Below, in pieces: positions 60,003-64,000 of a stretch of 64,000 nucleotides of DNA (positions are counted from its first letter, which is position 1; the number at the start of each line of letters is the position of its first letter). The stretch is from the sequence record SRR31156797_1568; one strand, written 5' to 3'. The notes beneath the pieces are model-generated. The model was not told where the DNA came from. It worked only from the letters and a program-made list of their open reading frames with translations, and ran no database searches. The translations under genes and the position numbers were made by a program.

Positions 60003-60350
60003 CTAAACCTCCGTTGATATTTTTCTTATTATACTTGAAATTAATTTTTGATCCTCAAGATTCTTTTCAGGCTGTTTTTTTAGAAGCTCAGTGAGCTCTT
60101 GCTTTGTGAGTTTGTTTGAATTAAGCAGGTCGCTCAGAACGCCCGATAGATTTCTATTTTCATTTCTAAGCCAACTCAAAGAAGATTTTAGTTTGTCTGT
60201 CTTTGCTGAATACTTCTCAACTTTATTTTTCAGCTTATTCGATTTCTTGATCTCGTTATTAAGATCAATGCTGTAGATGCCTGCTGCCAAACCTGCAACA
60301 AGGCAAACAAAGAACAGAAATACAATTGCACCAGAAAGATATAGTATCAT
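60003..60350 (-). CDS. Hypothetical TM + coiled-coil protein
   Basis: N-terminal hydrophobic helix, K/N-rich coiled coil; RBS AAGGAG. Confidence 0.65.
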   Translation of the reverse strand: MILYLSGAIVFLFFVCLVAGLAAGIYSIDLNNEIKKSNKLKNKVEKYSAKTDKLKSSLSWLRNENRNLSGVLSDLLNSNKLTKQELTELLKKQPEKNLEDQKLISSIIRKISTEV

Positions 60351-60534
60351 TATTTATTCTCCTTTTATCAATGATTACTGTAAATTATAATAATGTATAG
60401 TATACATATTTTCAATAGTTATTTTTATATTAATTACTAAGATATTATATTATTTTATTATTAAAATCTAAACAGTTAATTTTAAAAGATTATAAGCCTT
60501 GACATGTGCTCTGGTATGTGGGTATTATTACGCA

Positions 60535-60730
60535 TTACACATACTATATCTTCGATTTATAGTTGTGAGCAGCTTGTTCTGCTTCCGTACTCTTTCGGTG
60601 CAAAAGAGAACACCCTTGCTCGTAGGCGGGTGGGGGCATCTTTTCATGTTTATGAGGGGATAAGAAGTGACGTGTCTTCTATAAAAAGCATGGTGGTACT
60701 CAACATCGTTACCCCACTGCGGGGCAAATA
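60535..60730 (+). ncRNA. Candidate structured RNA (tandem hairpins)
   Basis: TTGACA-N18-TATTAT upstream; six or more consecutive stem-loops with G-U pairs on the + strand. Confidence 0.35.
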
Positions 60731-60797
60731 AAAGCAGCAAATATTTCTTTTAACTCTCTTTTTGTTTTTGTTATATATACTAAAAAGGAGAGTTGAT

Positions 60798-61364
60798 ATG
60801 ATTATACAAGATAAATTGGAACACATAACGTCTTACCAAATAGGTTTCTTCTCAATGTGGTTTGCTGTTTTACAAGTATTCTTAAATGGAAACAACTTTG
60901 ACTATATAGAGGTACTTTACCTTTCAATATTTCCAGCAGATGACCCAAACAAAACTGTTTTTGTTTCAAAGTTATATTTCCAGCAATACATAACAGGATG
61001 CTTAATATGCCTGTTCATAAAAAATGGATACATCAATAAGGTTGGACATATTCTAACAAGATTATTAATTGAAATTTTTAAAGTTTTTTCTGGTTTTAAT
61101 ATTGTGTATCTTTTTGTATTTACAGTCTTAAATTTATACAAGGAACAAACAGCTCCGTTCTATTTGGTATTTCTTATTTTCTTATTTATCTTCGGTCCAG
61201 TTGGTTTATGTAGTATTGTAGATACACTCAATTCATTTAAATTTAAAAAACAAATGAATTTTATTAAAACAAATTTTCAATTTTTTTTTGAGTGCTTAAG
61301 TAATGCTTTAGAAGCAAATTGTCAGCAACTTGTTAATCAACTGATCAACATATATAAATTATAA
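60798..61364 (+). CDS. Hypothetical multi-pass membrane protein
   Basis: RBS AAGGAG before ATG 60798; about 4 hydrophobic segments. Confidence 0.65.
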   Translation: MIIQDKLEHITSYQIGFFSMWFAVLQVFLNGNNFDYIEVLYLSIFPADDPNKTVFVSKLYFQQYITGCLICLFIKNGYINKVGHILTRLLIEIFKVFSGFNIVYLFVFTVLNLYKEQTAPFYLVFLIFLFIFGPVGLCSIVDTLNSFKFKKQMNFIKTNFQFFFECLSNALEANCQQLVNQLINIYKL

Positions 61365-61465
61365 TCTCTCAATTTTTGTATTCGCTGCATTGTTCATATA
61401 GAGGCAAAGTACTTAAAGTAAATGATGTGTTTTCAGGATAGTAGTACTTCTATAAAAAAGAGAAA

Positions 61466-61587
61466 AATGTGGTGAGTCATTAGATATTTATGAGTATTTG
61501 AAGTAGAACTGCCACCAGGTAAGCATTGTTTGAACTTCTAAGGAGAGGCTTACTCGTTTCTAAAGATAAAAAATCATCCACCACATT
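61466..61587 (+). ncRNA. Candidate rod-like structured RNA
   Basis: Nested helices closed by AATGTGGTG/CACCACATT. Confidence 0.35.
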
Positions 61588-61641
61588 AATATATTTAAAG
61601 AAGCAAAAGAATTCTGGTTACCGGGGTTGTTCAATTAAAAT

Positions 61642-61688
61642 TGTCAAACTGCATATTGTTTGACATGTCTTAAACTTGCAAATATATT
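61642..61688 (+). promoter_or_regulatory. Sigma70 promoter with overlapping palindromic operator
   Basis: TTGACA(61660)-N17-TATATT; TGTCAAAC-N8-GTTTGACA overlaps the -35. Confidence 0.65.
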
Positions 61689-61736
61689 ATTATGAACAAT
61701 ATGGGTTACATAAATTATTTGGAAGTGAAGTCTTAA

Positions 61737-64000
61737 ATGGAAATAAACTTTTCAAGCATTAGAACACATGACGGTAGTAAAAATTCAGGTTTCGAAGAGT
61801 TAGTCTGTCAACTTGCCCACTTGCAAAAACCTGATAATGGAAAAACATTTATCAGAAAGGAAGGTGCTGGAGGAGATGCTGGTGTTGAATGCTACTGGCG
61901 CCTTGATGACGACTCGGAAATAGGCTGGCAAGTCAAATACTTTCCTGATGGGCTTAACTCTTCTAGATGGCAACAAATCGATGAATCATTTTCAACTGCA
62001 TTAGAAAAGCATCCTAATTTGAATCACTACGTCGTCTGTTTACCTTTAGACAAAGCAGACAGCAGAAAGACAGGAAGAGGCGGAAATACAGTAGTTTCTG
62101 TTGAGGATGAGTGGCTAAAGTACGTTCAAAAGTGGAAAAGTCAAGCTACAGCAAAAGGAAGAGAAGTAGATTTCTCATATTGGGGAAAACATGAACTCAC
62201 AGCTTTCCTTACGATTGATGACCCTTTGTACTCTGGTAGAGCATTGTACTGGTTTAATGAGCCATTTATTGGGGCAGACGTACTGAGAAACATTGCACAT
62301 AGATCTCAAATTAGTTTAGGAGATAGATACAGCCCTGAATTTCATATAGAACTACCAATTATCAGAAATTTTGATGGTTTATGTTTGAATTCTTCATGGT
62401 GGGAGCTTCTCAGTGAGAGAAAATCAGATTTAAAAAATGCGGGCTCAGGTGTCATCACCTTTTTAAATACTGAAAATAACGGTCAAGAAACATTATTAAA
62501 TAGTGAAAAGCTCAATAGTTTAAATAAGCAAATAAATACCATGGTAAACGAACTTGATAAAGGGATCACATGCAAAGATTTTCACAAGAGAATCTCTGGA
62601 ATAAGTTCTTTACTAGAGAGGCTTTCTAGGTTTTATGAAGAAGTCTATAATGAAGTATCTGACAAAATTGTCTGGTCTAAGATAAAAGATAAATCTAGAG
62701 CTGTTTTATATGATTTATCTAACGTACTAGATGGCTTAAAGTCTTTTTTCAAACAAGTAAATGTCATCTCGTCTCAGACAAAATCGGCTCTGTTGTATGG
62801 AGAAGCAGGAATAGGTAAATCGCACCTACTTTGCGACTTGAGTTTGTTCAGAAATAATAATGACATGCCTACAATATTTTTATTAGGTGCTCAATATCCT
62901 GGGGGCAATCCAACTAATTTTATAAAAGAATCATTAGATTTACAAAACTATAGAGACTCAGAGGTTTTAGGAGCCATAGATGCAGCAGGTGAAGCATCTG
63001 GAGGAAGAGCACTAATTGTTATTGATGCAATAAACGAGGGTATTCATCGGGATGACTGGCATGATCAAATAACAGGTTTTTTGTCTGACTTATCGCGATT
63101 TCCACACATTGCTGTTCTGTTTAGCTGCCGTAACACATATTTAAAATATATCCTTCCTGATAGTGCTGATGAAAATCAATTGCCACGTATAAAACATTAC
63201 GGTTTTAGAGGCCATGAGCACCGAGCTGCAGAAAAATACCTTTCTAAGCAAGGTCTATCTAAACCAAGCGCACCAATAATAGCGCCTGAATTTACTAACC
63301 CTCTCTTTTTGAAAATATGTTGCCGAGCACTTAAGCAAAATAACCAAACTTCATTCCCAAAAGGCTTGAGCTCAATTACTTCGTTATTTGATTTTTATGT
63401 TGATAGTATTGAGAGAGTTATATCAAAAAAGAAAAAGTTCAATCCACAAGAGAAAATCACTAAATCAACGCTTATAGAAGTAGCTTCAAAACTATTTCCA
63501 GATAACCTTGAAGGGCTACCTATCAGAGATGCAAGGAAACTAGTTAATAACAATGACCCTAATCCAAATAATGGTGACAGCCTGTTTGATATACTACTTG
63601 ATGAGGGCATTCTTTCTGAGGATGTATCGTATAAAGAAGGGCAAACTGGAAACCTTGTTATCAGATTCACTTATGAACGCTTTAGTGATTATTTTATCGC
63701 CCAAAAAGTAGTAGATGGAGTAGAAGATATTGACCTTGCTTTTTCTGATGGTGGAGTAATAAATAGACTGCTAAAAAACAATGGTTATTATCCTATCTCT
63801 GGGATATTTGAAGCATTATCAATTCTTATTGCTGAACGATTCAATAGAGAGTTAGAAGATCTTGTCCCTAATAGTATTGAAATCGATAAATGGCAATTAG
63901 ATCAGACTTTTCAAGACACTATTCTATGGAGAAGCTCAGACTCCTTTAGCCAAAGAACTCTTGAGATACTGAATAATCTAGATGGGAATTCATACAGTCA
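61737..64000 (+). CDS. Avs/AVAST-like anti-phage STAND NTPase with N-terminal PD-(D/E)XK (Mrr-like) nuclease; 3' truncated by window
   Basis: MEINFSSIR...FEELVCQL...GAGGDAGVE...GWQVKYF; in-frame Walker A GEAGIGKS (62799-62822) and Walker B LIVIDAINE (from 63012); later NPLFLKICC; no stop seen before the window edge. Confidence 0.8.
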   Translation, partial: MEINFSSIRTHDGSKNSGFEELVCQLAHLQKPDNGKTFIRKEGAGGDAGVECYWRLDDDSEIGWQVKYFPDGLNSSRWQQIDESFSTALEKHPNLNHYVVCLPLDKADSRKTGRGGNTVVSVEDEWLKYVQKWKSQATAKGREVDFSYWGKHELTAFLTIDDPLYSGRALYWFNEPFIGADVLRNIAHRSQISLGDRYSPEFHIELPIIRNFDGLCLNSSWWELLSERKSDLKNAGSGVITFLNTENNGQETLLNSEKLNSLNKQINTMVNELDKGITCKDFHKRISGISSLLERLSRFYEEVYNEVSDKIVWSKIKDKSRAVLYDLSNVLDGLKSFFKQVNVISSQTKSALLYGEAGIGKSHLLCDLSLFRNNNDMPTIFLLGAQYPGGNPTNFIKESLDLQNYRDSEVLGAIDAAGEASGGRALIVIDAINEGIHRDDWHDQITGFLSDLSRFPHIAVLFSCRNTYLKYILPDSADENQLPRIKHYGFRGHEHRAAEKYLSKQGLSKPSAPIIAPEFTNPLFLKICCRALKQNNQTSFPKGLSSITSLFDFYVDSIERVISKKKKFNPQEKITKSTLIEVASKLFPDNLEGLPIRDARKLVNNNDPNPNNGDSLFDILLDEGILSEDVSYKEGQTGNLVIRFTYERFSDYFIAQKVVDGVEDIDLAFSDGGVINRLLKNNGYYPISGIFEALSILIAERFNRELEDLVPNSIEIDKWQLDQTFQDTILWRSSDSFSQRTLEILNNLDGNSYS

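Larger units (their letters stand above)
53332..64000. mobile_element. tRNA-Leu-anchored genomic island; right end outside window
   Basis: Integrase and excisionase directly 3' of the tRNA, visibly higher AT content, second recombinase-fold gene, defence-like cargo. Confidence 0.85.

Noticed and set aside
60504-60740. ORFs 60504-60731 (+) and 60528-60740 (-)
   Set aside because: No RBS or protein-like features; the + ORF start overlaps the -35 box; the hairpin array is a better explanation.
63395-63670. 91-aa minus-strand ORF
   Set aside because: Antisense to the long Avs-like frame.
1-64000. Many antisense or alternate-frame ORFs in the track (e.g. 28937-29683, 51902-52831, 15654-16115)
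   Set aside because: They lie within well-supported genes and show no recognisable motifs; treated as shadow ORFs.
1-64000. CRISPR array, rRNA, IS transposase, reverse transcriptase
   Set aside because: No regularly spaced repeats or matching motifs seen by eye.

Overview
Bacterial chromosomal window. The gene repertoire suggests a Gram-negative anaerobe, possibly Deferribacterota/Denitrovibrio-like; this is inference only. Positions 1-53.3 kb are mostly core genome: tRNA-Leu(TAA), an ECF sigma/RskA module, HD-GYP, a CpxRA-like pair with an RND pump, lysA, five diguanylate cyclases (one an Amt-GGDEF fusion), purSQLF, ppiD, SRP RNA, tRNA-Arg and tRNA-Ser, a trypsin-like protease, rpoE-rseA-rseB-degP, a sigma54 ABC/two-component operon, pheST and thrS-infC-rpmI-rplT. 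From about 53.35 kb an AT-richer integrative element starts at a tRNA-Leu and runs off the window. It carries an integrase, an excisionase, small regulators, a second tyrosine-recombinase-fold protein, a HEPN-like protein, two candidate structured RNAs and an Avs-like nuclease-STAND defence gene absent from the ORF track. Main findings: (1) a probable unannotated selenoprotein after purF (in-frame TGA plus SECIS-like hairpin); (2) a tRNA-Leu with the rare AAG anticodon, which is also the island's apparent integration site; (3) the island itself. Protein family calls come from motif recognition by eye; no database search was run.
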